In this document: positions 28,501 through 41,900 of the stretch, in pieces
Numbering within the stretch: position 1 is the first letter of the stretch
Layout: each line of letters begins with the position of its first letter
IMG/VR virus record: IMGVR_UViG_3300013125_000006
Location: 1 to 64,000 of that record
Source: a virus
Direction: 5' to 3' (one strand)
Length of the DNA stretch: 64,000 nucleotides
Notes under the pieces: model-generated
Database searches by the model: none
Told to the model about the DNA's origin: nothing
What the model saw: only the letters and a program-made list of their open reading frames with translations
Program-made: the position numbers and the translations under genes

Positions 28501-31500
28501 AGAAATGAGTGGAAGATTATCTTCTATGGCTAAACGTAATGTAATTTATACAGCAACAATAGAATCACCAGTAAGAAATAGCAAGTTAGGAGTTCCTGAT
28601 GATATAAATATGGCTGTAATAGATGATCACAGAGATGAATTATTTAATATAACTGGAAATACAAAAAATCAGGAAGTACATGATGGTTCTTCTTATATAA
28701 ATTATATATACAGTTTAATGCTCGATAATTCTTTTCCAGGAAAAGGATATAATGGAACAAAAAAACAATTTGCAACATTTGTTACTGAGTCTGGAGTAAC
28801 CATAAAGAAAGACGCAGAAAGTGTAATAACAAATAGAAAAATACTTGATTCAAGAAATTCAAAGATATCTTTTTTAGGAAAGCAAAAACAAATGCTTGGA
28901 ATTGATGTTCAATTACCAGCTTCTTTTAAATTTAACGAATCTTTTAAAAATGAATTCTTCTTTAATAAATTAGGAGTTATATATAGAATAGAAACTATAG
29001 ATATTACTAAAAATAACTATGCAATGGTTGTATCAAGGAAAAATGGAAATAAATGGACATTAGAACAGGAGCCAATTTCTGGAAAATTTAATAATTTATA
29101 TCAATTATGGGAATTATTTGGAGCACAATATTCAACTGATATAGACAATAATTTTAATGAGGGTTCAAATGAACTATTGTATAGAATAGTAACTACTCAG
29201 AATGGGGAAGGAAAATATCCATTAAAAAATGCAATGATTCATGTATTATCAAATATCTCAGCTGTAAAAGCAGGAGCTGCAAATGTTAATGATAGAAAAC
29301 TATGAACATCAGATGAACCATTAGCCTATACATCATTTAAAAATAGATTTATGGGACCTCAGCTTGATGCTTCTCATGATGCTAATGATTCAAGAATTAA
29401 AGAAATTACTCAGGTAATATCTTCCTTAGCTCAAAATTCTGATACAGCACATTTAGCACAAGAAGCATATGAGGATATAGCAACTGTAATAAAGAATGCA
29501 GCTAAACCATATGTAAAATATATGAAATTTGGCAAGGATATAAATAAATCTGATTTATATAAATATTTATCAGAGAAATTTGTAAAAACAATAGAAAATT
29601 CTAAAGGAGATAATATAGCAAAAATACTTGTTCAATCTTTTTCTCAAGATACTATAATACCTTTTAGTAACCAAAATTTCTTTATTCCTTTTGTAAGAGA
29701 TGTAATAACAAGAATGAATAATGAGTTTATTTCAAGGTACTATTCTGGAATAGGGGCTGTTTTAATTCCATCACATGGTATTATACAAGTATATGATATT
29801 CCACAGGCAGATGGTACAGTAAAAATAATGACTCAAGCAGATATAACTAAGGAAGCTTTAAGTGCAGGTATATTTGAAGGAGTAGCTTCAAATGATGAAC
29901 TTATAGAAGCCCACATAAGAAAAATAGCTCCACCACAAGACATAACTTGGGGCGAAATAATGCTTGGAGATACTGTAGAAGTACCAAAAGAACCAAGAGC
30001 TGAAGCCAGAGAATTATTAAAAAATAATTTGGGTTTATTACAATCATTAAAAGATCAATATGGAGACAATGAATTATATATAAATCAATTAGTTTCTAGA
30101 TATTTAGATTGAAATTTTGGAAATAATAAAATACCGAAAGAAATAGATTTTAATAATTTTAACATTTTCTTAGCAGAAGATGCTTTATCAAATGATACGA
30201 GTATTGAAATGCAGGAAGTAACCTTGAGTAATCCTGATATATATTATTATTATAAAGAATTACATAGTGGAAATGAACCTGTAAGAAAATTAACTAGACC
30301 AAGAGACTTAAAACCAAGTGAAATAACTTTTACATGAAATGGAAGAAAAAATCTATTTGATTTGGATTCTATAAGGCTTAGATATAAGTTCGAGAAGATG
30401 TATAAAAATAAAATGCTTAATGAATCTGACAAAGAGTTTATTCATTTAAGTAATTTTTATACTAAAGTTTCAAATGGCAGAAATCTTATTGAGGACTTTA
30501 AAACTGATAGCACTCAAGCAAGTAATATATTAATTAAGTACCTAAATCTATGAACAAAAAGAAATTTAAACTTATTAGAACTTAATAGGGTAATGAAATC
30601 TGTAAATACTTCCACAATGGATGAAATTTTCGGGGAAGATAATTTAGTAAAATTATTTAGGGAAGTTAAAGATAGTTACATGAATATAACAGAAGAAATA
30701 TCTGATTATGATTTTAAAGCTGCAGAATTAATACTAGGTAATTTATATAATTCTAAATTCAACACTGATAGTAATAGTTCAATATATGAAATAAAATCTA
30801 AAGGAAGTGAATACTTTAAAGAATCTTTAGAAAAATTATTTGAAGAGGATTCATTTAAAGCAGATATGAAGTTAATAGTAGAAGGAGTAGATCATCCAAT
30901 ATATATAAAATATACTGATAAACTTCCAGGAAATGATTATAAATTAAATATAAAACTAGAAAGACCTCTTGATAATGGGGATATTACTAGAAAATTTGTT
31001 AGACTTAATGAAAAGGGAGAAAAAATATATGTAATTCCAGACCATAATTATGTAAGAGCTATAGAGCAAGACGGAAGAGAAGTTATTTATGTAAAAGCTG
31101 CCTCATCAGTTAAATCTAAAGAAGGTAAAATTCTAAATATTGAAGAACCCTTTAAAGAAAATTTAGCTAATCTTATAAATTCTTTTGAAGGATCTATAAG
31201 AACTATAGTTCCATTAATGGGTTCTGACAGTGATATAGTTGATAAACTTAAATTAAATAAAGTTACTTTAAATGAATTTTCAAAATTTTCTAATTATGTT
31301 CCAATAGATAAAAATAATTTAGATACTGAATGATTTGAATTACATAAAAAACATATAATAGATAAATTGAGTAAAAAAATGTATGCTTCTTGAGAAAAAT
31401 CTCATGAATTTGTAGTTGCACGTATCCCTGCTCAATCTATGCAATCATTTATGCAAATGCAAAATATTGCTTATATGCAAGGAAATTCAAATGATGCATT

Positions 31501-34500
31501 TGTATCAGTTTGGCAAATATGATTACAAGGCAGTGACTTTAGATAATATTGGAGTCACTATAATAAATCTCGTTAACTGCGGGGAACTCCTGAGAGTTTT
31601 TACTACAAACTTAGACTAGTAATAGATCTAAGGGCTATAATTAACTATTATAGATATTGTAAAAAGGTAAAAAATTGGACAATCCGCATCCAAGCGTCCT
31701 AGATAAAATTTATAAAAATATAGACTTTTAAATGGATAAAATTTTATAAATTTGTATTTAGGATGAAGGTTCATCGACTATCCCGGAGGGGAGTAGAAAC
31801 TTTCATTTAGTATTAATTATTAAATGAATTCATTATGTTTAAAAGAAAAATTACTAAAAAGTTAAATGTAGAACAAAAGCAATTACTTATTGCTTTATTA
31901 TTAGGAGATGGAACTATTTCATCTAATTATGTTTTTAAACTTTCTCATGGAGAGGATCAATTAGAATATTTAAATTGGAAGATACTACTTCTAGATAGTT
32001 TAAATATAAAAAATAATGGTTTAAAAACATATATATCAAATTCAGGATATAATACTGGTAAAAAAGTTTTATATTCGCAAATGTCTTTAAATGCTACTAT
32101 AAAAGCATTAAGAAGATCTGTTTATTTACCCAAAAAGACTTTATCAAGAAATCTTTTAAATTGGTTAAATACTCAGGGACTTGCAATTTGGTATATGGAT
32201 GATGGACATATTAATGTTAATACTTCTAAGCAAAGGACTACTATCCAACATACAATAAAGTTTGCAACTTGTGTAAAGCTAGAAATAGCAACTATAATTA
32301 TTCAATATTTTTTAGAAAAATGGGATATAAAATTTAGACTTTTAAATGAAGGGAAAAATACATATTCTATTGCTTCTAGTACGGAAGCTGATGCTGAAAA
32401 ATTTTGTAAAATTGTAAAACCTTACATACAACAAGTTCCTAGTTTATTATATAAAATAAGAAAAGATTTAACTAAAGAAGAATTTATTCAAAAACAAAAT
32501 GAAGGTTTCGAAATGCGAGACATTATATATTAAATATAATGAAGATATAGTCAGTCTTTGTATGAAAGTATAAAGGTTAAACGGATATTGATAAAGCTTA
32601 TATGCTTGGATCTGGATTTAGTTCTAATGGACAATTTGAAGCTATATCTAAGATAAGTAATTATTCTAGTATAGATCAATTAAATGTGCTGGAAAAATTT
32701 CCAATACCAACCAATAAGAAAATAGAATTATCTACAGATGGTCTAGATTTAACAAACGAAACCAAAGAATTTTTTACTTATAGTAAAGAAGAGTCATTAA
32801 CAGATGTCATAGATAATATTGAAGAAACAATTGCAATGAATGAATTATCTGTAAAGCAATTAAATTTACTAAATATTATAATAAGAAAAGTTAATGATTA
32901 TGTAAAAAATACTGGAAATAGAAATGTTTTTACAACTGATAATAATAAGGATGCAAAAATATTAATAAATTTAATAAATAAGCATAATCTAGATAATGGG
33001 TATGTAAAAAATAAACACTCTGTAAAAAATTCCATTGTATCAAAAATAAAACAAATCATATCTTCTCCAAGTAATCAAATTTTAGCAAATATTCCAGTAG
33101 ATGTTGAAGTTTGGCAAAATGCTGCTAATGCAGCAATAGCCTCAAAAAACATAGAAAAAGAATTTTTGTCTTCATATGATATGTTTAGTTATTATAAACA
33201 ACAAAGAGACGCATCAGTAGGTAAGGATGATGTTGGTATAGCTGCTAATGGACTTAAAGTACTGTTTGCATTAACTAGTTATTATAACAATTACTTCAAT
33301 AATTTTTCTTCAAATAATTCAGAGGATATAAGAAGAAGTAATAAAACATTTATAAAAGAATTTAAATTCTCAAATGGAAAAACTTACAAAATTGGTGCTA
33401 TTAGTGATGTAGGTATGGATGATTCTCAAAAAGCTGCAATAGAAAAAGCTATTGGTAATTTTGATGCATTTAGAAATGATGCAGCAATTTCTTTATCTAG
33501 TTTTACATCTGCAGCAACTGATAATGCTAAAGAATTACTTATGGCAAAAATTAATGCAACAGTAGAATTAGCTTCAATGCATATCTATTTACTTACATTA
33601 GGATTTACTCCTGGTCAAGTTTCTGAAATAATGACATCTGAAATAATAGATGATGTAATCAGTTCATTAGAAAGTAACTCTTTACTAGGTGAAAATAGTA
33701 GTATTATACCAGTTATATTTAAGAACTTAGAAGGGACATATAAAAACAATGAATCAAAATCAAATGACTTAGCAGTACTAAAAGATATATATGATGGAGC
33801 ACAGGAAATTAAATTCTTAGCAAAAATCTTAGGAGCCAATCAAAAGAGATCTGCAAATGTAGAAAAAATAAATGACTTTTTAACATCTTTAGAAACTACT
33901 CTATATGCTAGAGAAAATAATGTGTTTGGCAATGATTTAAGACTTCTTAATGAGTGAAATAAATATAAAGATTCTCCAGATAAAGGAAAAGCTAAGGAAG
34001 TAAGAGAAGTATTTAAGGGATTGGTTGATAAAATTATGCAACATAATAAAGCATTAAATTCAAAACTGGATAGAAAATATGTAGAAGATTTACTTGAAAA
34101 AGCTAGCAATGTATCAGTAAGTTATGTAGATGAACAGGGGAAAAGACATTCTAAGTATGTAAGTATTATAGGAGGAAATTTTGATTTTAGATATTTTGTA
34201 GATGGATCAAAAGAGAATGATGAATACAGAAAATTAACAAAACAATATTATAATTTAATAAAAAATACTTATAATATATTTGATGTAATTGATGAAGTCC
34301 CACATTTTAAAGAAATGATAAATGGAATAATGCTTTCTCATAATATCTTAATGAATACTTCTATTAAATATGCAACTGCATTTACAGTAGTAAAAGATGT
34401 ATTAAGGGAAAATTCTCATAGAGTAGTATTTAGTGGTAAGGAGGATAATCCTAACCCAAGTATAAAAAATCAAATGGGAAATCCAGGATTATATCCACGT

Positions 34501-35538
34501 ATAAGTGATCAAATGATAACTAAATCATTATCTGGTATAGATGTTATGTTAAAATCAAAGTGGTTAAAAAGTGAAGCTACTTCTAAATTAACTTTTAATG
34601 TAACTAGTTTAATAAAACAATTAAATGATTATAATAGAGAAGCTAAAAAAGATGTAATAAAAAATTATTTAGTATATACGTCTGACGAAGCTTGGAGTAA
34701 TGATAATGTATCAAACTTTTCAAAGAAAGTAAATGAAGAAGATGCAGAAGATACAATAATAACATTAGACACTAATTATGGCATTGCAAATTTCAAAAGA
34801 TTAATGGAAGATATATTACTCCCATTATTACAAAAAAATTCTAATATATTATTAGACTCCTTAAAAATACAAGAAGTAAAAAATATATTTGGATTAAGAA
34901 CTTCTGGAATAGTGTCTACATTTTCATTAGGAGAATTAAACAATGCAGTAGTTAGAGATAAAGCCCAAAAATTAATAAAAGCATTTAATGATTTAGACAA
35001 CAACTCAAGTACTAAAAATTTAGTAAAAAATTCAGCAAATGAATTATTAAGATGAAAGGATTTATTCTATGTGTATAATTTATTATTAAATAATGAAAAA
35101 TATGGAAGTTTAAGATTAACCCCACTATTTGAGGATTATATAAAAGAAAAAGATTCTTTAGGATATGATTATGTGATGTTTTCTTCAAAGATAGATTCAG
35201 GAGAAATAAATTTATTTAGCATAGAGGATATTATGAACGAATATCCTGAATACAAGACAGCTTTAGAATCTGGGGATACTGAAACAGTAGAAATCATAAA
35301 AAGAAAAGCATTTAAACAACTTTCAAATGATATATTATTCTACGCTTTACAAAGTGGAGGAAAATTAACTATAAACAATGGGGCAAGGACTAATGAGAAA
35401 TTATCTGTTACAAATGGAGATTTCTTAGTAGTAACATCAATTACAGAAAGTCAAGATGCTAAGAAAACACAATCTGAATTTAGTGAGGTACTAAGATTAC
35501 TAAAAAGCAGAGGATTTATAATTAAATTTGAATGTTAA
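25547..35538 (+). CDS. Virion-packaged DNA-dependent RNA polymerase (crAss-like two-barrel RNAP), ~2980 aa; exons 25547-31540 and 32584-35538 (TGA=Trp)
   Basis: Same-frame ORFs joined through TGAs. ARIPAQSMQS, then GSDF|DIDK is reconstituted across the intron, giving the DxDxD-type catalytic motif of crAss RNAPs. Also HDG, GPQLDASH and DVGIAAN...ATDNAKEL motifs. Confidence 0.9.
31541..32583 (+). mobile_element. Group I intron in the RNAP catalytic motif
   Basis: P1 pairs exon AGTGACTTT with GGAGTCACT, with U.G at the splice site. P10 pairs AATATT with exon GATATT. Core elements AACTGCGGG, AATCCGCATCC, GTTCATCGACTA and AAGATATAGTC; terminal G at 32583. Removal restores the frame. Confidence 0.9.
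31835..32533 (+). CDS. Intron-encoded LAGLIDADG homing endonuclease, 232 aa
   Basis: LIALLLGDGTI and LAIWYMDDGH motifs; located inside the RNAP intron. Confidence 0.9.
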   Translation: MFKRKITKKLNVEQKQLLIALLLGDGTISSNYVFKLSHGEDQLEYLNWKILLLDSLNIKNNGLKTYISNSGYNTGKKVLYSQMSLNATIKALRRSVYLPKKTLSRNLLNWLNTQGLAIWYMDDGHINVNTSKQRTTIQHTIKFATCVKLEIATIIIQYFLEKWDIKFRLLNEGKNTYSIASSTEADAEKFCKIVKPYIQQVPSLLYKIRKDLTKEEFIQKQNEGFEMRDIIY

Positions 35539-35541
35539 ATA

Positions 35542-38500
35542 ATGGGAAAGTGTAAGTATATTTTAGAATTACCTGGAGGGGGAGTCATAACACTCCCCTC
35601 AGGTTTTGAAACTTTGGAAAAAAGTAAAACAATAGATAAATTATATGATAAATATTTTTCATCTAATAATGATGAAGAACAGCAGGAAGTGTTAAGAGAA
35701 TTATCTGGGTCAATAAAAGCTGAAACTAAATATAAAATAACCCCTGAAAAAATAAAAACTATTATATTAAAAAATAAAGACAAAGAAACCTTCTATAAAG
35801 AAATAAATAATATAATAGAAAATTCAGGTTCTTTTGATTCTCTTGGATCTGTATTATATGATTATTTATCAGAGGATAAAGGAAAGAACTATAATAAAAG
35901 GTTATCAGAACTAAAGCAGAAATTACAGAAACCTAGAAAATTAAGTTACTTTCAAAATATAGGAGCTTCTGGAACATTAGGTTTAACAAATTTAGTACAA
36001 GAAAGATATAGAGTAAATTCCAAAAATGAAGAAAATAAAATATTTGGATTTTACAATGATACTACTAAAAATCTATTAACTTTCTTAAAAATTCTTGCTG
36101 ACACCTATAAAAATAAAAATAGAGAGAATACTATATATGGAATACAGGGACAATTTCTAGTAAATGCATGGTCCATGGATGATATAGTATTATATGAACT
36201 TAACAATGATTTGTCTCTATTCTTAGGACTGTTTAAAAGAGAAGCATTAAAAGTAGATAAATCAAAACTTATGCCAATCTTAAAAGAAATAAATAAGATT
36301 ATAAAGTTTAAAAAGTATGGAAAAATAGACATTAATGAAGAAGATTTTGATATAAATAAATTTTTTATAGGGGAATTGGAAAATAATAAAGTGCAGCAGT
36401 CACAATTAGAAAAATTATTGGCATTAAGTACTGATAAAGATATATCAAAACAAATTGATCAAATACTTAATTTAGTTGCATTAACAATAAATCCAGAAAG
36501 TTTGGGATTAATAAAATCAATTAAAAATTTATTCTGGCAATTATTTCCAGAGACATATGGAAAGAACAATATATTAAAAGCTGTTGAAACTGAGAAATTT
36601 ATAAGTAAAGAATTAGAAATAGAAAAGGTATACAAGAATGATTTACTTCCATTTGATAGAATGAGTTCTCAAGTCAGAGATCATAACTATTCAATAATAC
36701 AAACAATAGAGGGAGACTTATATGAGAATAGTGTAAAAAATATTATACCATATCAGGATATAGTAAAGTTTCCTAGTGGTGACAAGGGTGTATTTGCATT
36801 AGTAACTCATATTTTTAAAAGAGGAGAAAATGTAATAGTCTATGGTAAATTTAGAAATCAATATGGGGAAATAGAAAGAATTGATAATGTTTTTAAACCG
36901 GGAGAACTTCAATATAGAAAACTGGAAGATCCAATATCACCAATGATAGAGGATGAAATAGTATTACCAAATGATGGGATGATGATAATATCAAAAGCTG
37001 AAATGAATCCAAAGATAGTAAAAGAAATAATATCTAAAGGAGATTTGGTAAATGGAAATCTAGTAGTAGGAATATATCCAAATGTAATATATGTGCAGAC
37101 TCCAGATAAAAAAATAAAATCAATTGGGTATGGAAAAATAAAATCAATGAAAGCTCTCAAAGCTTCCCAACTAAATAATGATAAAAAAATAGAACCAAAT
37201 AAATTTGTACAAATAAATGATGGAACTCAGTTAACAAAAGGAGATTATTTTTTATTTGAGTTAGATGGAAAAAAATTCTATAAGAAAATACTATTGGCGG
37301 ATGATACATATGTATACTCAATTGTAAAAGGTACAAAAGGAGCCGCGATAATGCAGACTGAAAAGAAGAATTTAATAGGCTTAAAGGATGCAGAAGGTAA
37401 ACTTACTATTGAGGATATATTAAGATTAAAAGAGGAAGTTAAAAATATTACTAGAAGTACAGCAACAATGTCTTCTTTCAGCAATAAAGAGCAAGCTAGA
37501 CCAGGAGATTTTTTCTTTTTTATGGATGGAAATACAAAAAAATATGGGGAAGTCTTGGAAGATAATAAAGTAATAACATATAATGAAGATATTACTGATA
37601 AAATAATTCTAAACTTAGATAAATTACCAGAAGTATTATTTTTTACTGATAGAGATATTTCTACAGATTATTTTTTATTTACTATAAGAAGTAACCAATT
37701 TGAAATTTCATTTAAAGAATATCCTGATAATGTAGCACTTGAAAAACAAGTTATATATGTAATACCAAAAAATTCAGATTTAAATAGTATTAAATTATTA
37801 ACAGGAGGATATGCAAATATAGGAAGTTACATAGAACCAGAATATTTTAACCCAGAAAAACATATAGATATTACAGATCTAATGAAAGAAAAATTAGGGC
37901 TGGATAAAAATCAAAATATGTGAGTTACTAAAAAATCTTCGGAAAGTAATAAATTCAAAAGAAATTTAGAATCTTTAATGGAAATAAAATATTTTGATTC
38001 TCTAGATTTACAAACTAAAAAAGAACTAGGAGTATTATTTCCTGGAGTATATTTTTCTTTATATAAAGCTAATGAAATAGATTCAAAAATTTATAGAGTA
38101 ACTTCAGTTAATGAAGACAAAGTAATTGCTCATTTTAATAGTATAAGTCCAACTGGAAAAATAATAACAGTTGAAAAAGAATTTAATATTGATGATCTTT
38201 TAAATAGGGGAAATGATAAAAATGCAATAGTAGGAAGTATAGCAAATTTATACATACAAGAAGGAAATAGAAAAATAGGAGCAGTATTAAAAGAAGTAAA
38301 TAAAGTGTCTGAAGAGGCAAAATTGGAATCTAGACCAGCTACTAATAAAGCAATAAATAAACTAATTAAAAGTTTATCAAAAATATCTAAGAAATTAGAT
38401 ATGGAAGTTTCTTTAGTAGAGGAAAAAGAAGGAAATTTTAAATCAAACCAAAAAGCAAAAATAGAGACAAATAAAAAGGGAGAAACAAGAATATTAATAA

Positions 38501-38946
38501 ATAAAAATATAGGACAAACAGAAGATGTTGTGCACGAATTTTTACACTTATTTTTAACTCCTTTAAGATATAAACATCCAGAAATATATCATTCTCTTAT
38601 TCAAACTGTGATTAAAAATCCAGATATGAACATAACTGATGCAGAAGAAATATTTGTTTCATATGTAGCATCAAAACTAGAAAGTCAGGAAGATTTTTTA
38701 GAAAGTTTCCAGGACATGGAATCTTTTGTAAATGGATTAAAAGTGGCATTAGGAGAAGTAAATGATGATTATATAGTAAGCTTTGAAGAAGATCCTATAG
38801 AATTATTAAAAACCCCATTAATGGACCTATTTCAAATAGATAGGAATGATATAAGCAGTGAATTAATGAATTTAGGAATGGTTACAACTGAGCCAATGAT
38901 GAGAGAATGAATGAAAAATAATAATATAATCTTAAATTGTAGTTAA
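35542..38946 (+). CDS. Large virion protein with zincin-like metallopeptidase motif, 1134 aa (TGA=Trp)
   Basis: ORFs 35542 and 37978 are joined, with readthrough to TAA at 38944-38946. EDVVHEFLHLF (HExxH) with a downstream EE. Confidence 0.75.
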
Positions 38947-38947
38947 A

Positions 38948-41900
38948 ATGGGACAATGTTTTTATTATAAAAATGGCGAAAAAGTAGAAAATATTCAGGA
39001 TATAATAAAAAGTTTTTTCAAAGACAACTTTCAATTAAAAAATGCCGCAATATTTAGTAGTACAGAAATTCAGTCAAGTACAATAGATGCTATAAAGAAA
39101 ATAAAAGACACAAATTCATTTTCTAATAACGAAGAATTATCTGTTACTGATTTAATTACAAAACAAAATGTTGGTCTTTTTAATTTGTTAGGAATATCCA
39201 CAAAAGGAGGAAGATTGGCCCCAGAATATATTGAAGAAAATAGAATTTACAGTTATGTGAAAGAAAAATTAGATTCTATAAAAGATGATGTTGATATAAC
39301 AGGATTAGAATATACTCAAAATAAATTAGAAACTTTAAAGAATACCCCTGAGTTTTCAGGAGTTTCAGAAAATAAATTAGTATACTTATTAAGTCAAATA
39401 GAATCTGATATTAAATATGAAGAGGAAACTAAGAACTTCGGAATATTATTGCATGATGTAATATCTTCAAAAATAAGAGATACTGGCTATAAGAATAAGG
39501 TGTTAAAATATATAAAGGATAATAAAGGGAATAGCATATTAGGAGACTATTCAGATGAAGAATGAGTAAATAAAATTGATGAAATTTCTGATTCAATAGT
39601 AGAGAAAATAAAAAACATAGAAAAATCTGGGGCTTTTATAACTGAAATTTTTCTATCAAGTCTACCAAATACTCCTATAAATACATATTCAAAAGGATTA
39701 AAGGGTAAAATAGACTTAATAGCTGTAGACTCAAATGGAGATCCTCATATCTTTGAAATAAAAGTATCCAAAACAAATTACGATGATTGGGACGCAGCAA
39801 AAACATTAACATTAGATTGGCAGCTTGCTTTATATAGACAATTGCTTGGACAACACGTAAATATAAACAAAACAATGCTATACGTTATTCCTGTTTGACT
39901 AAGTGTAAAAGGTAATCCAAATGGAATTATTGTTCAAAATATTGTAAATAGAAAGTCAATAAGAAATAGTGGATTGAACGATACTGGAAGCATAACAGTA
40001 GCAGCTAATAAAATAATTCCAAGGGCAGTAATAGCAGATTATGATCCAGAAAGAATGGATATTTTAACAGATCAATTACATAAATTAATCCCAAATTATG
40101 AAGTTAAGACTGGGATAGAGGATTATGATGTAGATTCAATAATTGAAGCAGCAAGGAAAAGGTATGACAAAGAAAAAGTTTGAAGAAAATGGAACAATTT
40201 TGATGATGCACCTGGACTCAAAAAAGGTTATATAGAGGCTGCAACAGAAGAGGAATTTAGAGATCAAATTGAAAAATATGTAGCACATGTAAAGACTCAA
40301 GTAAATAGAAATGTATCTATATTAAAAGATGCTATTATATCAGCTATAAAAACTAATAATCCTATTCAAACAAGTTCTTATAATTCTGAGAAAGACATCA
40401 CGACTAATCACCTACTCAAAGAATATTTAAACGAAGAGTGGTCTGTAATTGATAGTATTCCTGAGGCATTAGCTATGGGATTAATAGTATTGAAAAATAA
40501 TAAGAATGGAAACATAAATTTAATTAGTTTATCAGCAAATCAATTTTATGCAACTGCATTAGAAAATGATTTACCAAATGTGAATTATGGAGATTTAGAG
40601 TTTTTAAAATCATTTTTATTTATAAATACTTTTAAAGATATGCTGATGCCACTTGGTAGTGGAAAATTAGCTCAAATAATAATATATAATCCATTAAATA
40701 ATCAAGTATATTCTAGGAATACCTATAATAAATTTGATGAATTTGTAGATAGAATGTATACTATAGGGTTTAGGGAGGAATTAAAACTAGATAAAGAAAA
40801 GCACATAGCTGGAATAACAGATATTGCTTTGTATAATCTAGATGCAAATTTAAGAAAATTTGATGGCTCTAATAAAGATGAAATAAATGAAATTTTTGCA
40901 AAGTTTAGAGAAACTAGTTTAGATGAAATAGATTTGGAACAGTTGATTGATATACAAAGAACTTTGTATGAAAAATTTCCAGACTATAAATTAAAAACTA
41001 TAAATCCAACTTTAAACTTTGATGATCCAAAAGAAGTTTTATTGGCATTGTTACAAGTAGCAATAGTATCAAAATCTCAAATGGATTTAACAGGGGATTT
41101 TCAAAGACTTTCAAAGTTCAGCTTTGGATTTTCAGATTTTAAAAGTTTAATAGCTGCATTATATACTGATAATTTAGAGAAATATAATAGAGAAGGAAAA
41201 AGAATACAAGGAATTGTTCAAGGGCTTATATGAACAACTCCAGATTGAGTTGCTTCAAAAGACTTAAAAAACATAAATAAAATAATGTCCACTGCGAATC
41301 AGCATATAGGAGAATCTATGGTAGCAATATCAGAAATTATATATGGGCATACAAAAAAATATTATAAAGAGATAGGATTTAAAGAATTTAACCGAGGAGT
41401 TATCGGAGAAACACAAAGTAAATACAAAGATTTGTGGCTTCAAAAAGACGGAAAAGTATCAAATGAATTCAAAACCAAGAATCCATATGTAGTTGATAAT
41501 GAAAATATACTTACTGATGCTCAACGAGAATATTTAAAAAATATATTGTTTATAATAAATGTATTTCAATATCACATACCAGATTCTGAGGCAAAAAAAT
41601 TAGACCCTAATAAATTAGAGTCTTTAATGGAAAATGCCACACTTAAAGAAGCTATTGAAAGTGGTGAGTATTTTGAAATGCCTGTAATAAGGAGGGAAGA
41701 AATTTCTAGAGTCGGCGGGATTGTAGAATCTCCTGGAAAGTTATGGCAAGATAAAATAAAGCCATTTATGGGAGAGATAAACGATTTAGTAGATCCAAGA
41801 GAACTTCTTCCAGATCAATTGGATATTATTGAAAAACAAAAGATGGGATTTTATGAAATGTATGATGTATATGGTAGGCAAGATAGTAACTATATTGCAA

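Noticed and set aside
31416-31619. 67-aa ORF at the RNAP exon/intron boundary
   Set aside because: It is out of frame with the conserved RIPAQ...GSDF exon and runs into intron structure.
39430-39850. Cas4/CRISPR association of the PD-(D/E)xK domain
   Set aside because: No Fe-S cysteine cluster, and no repeat-spacer array or other cas genes were seen in the window.
4586-39875. Minus-strand ORFs within the late block (e.g. 4586, 12644, 17490, 19489, 20881, 23977, 33615, 36105)
   Set aside because: They are antisense shadows of long AT-rich genes, with Ser/Phe/Leu/Ile-biased composition and no motifs.
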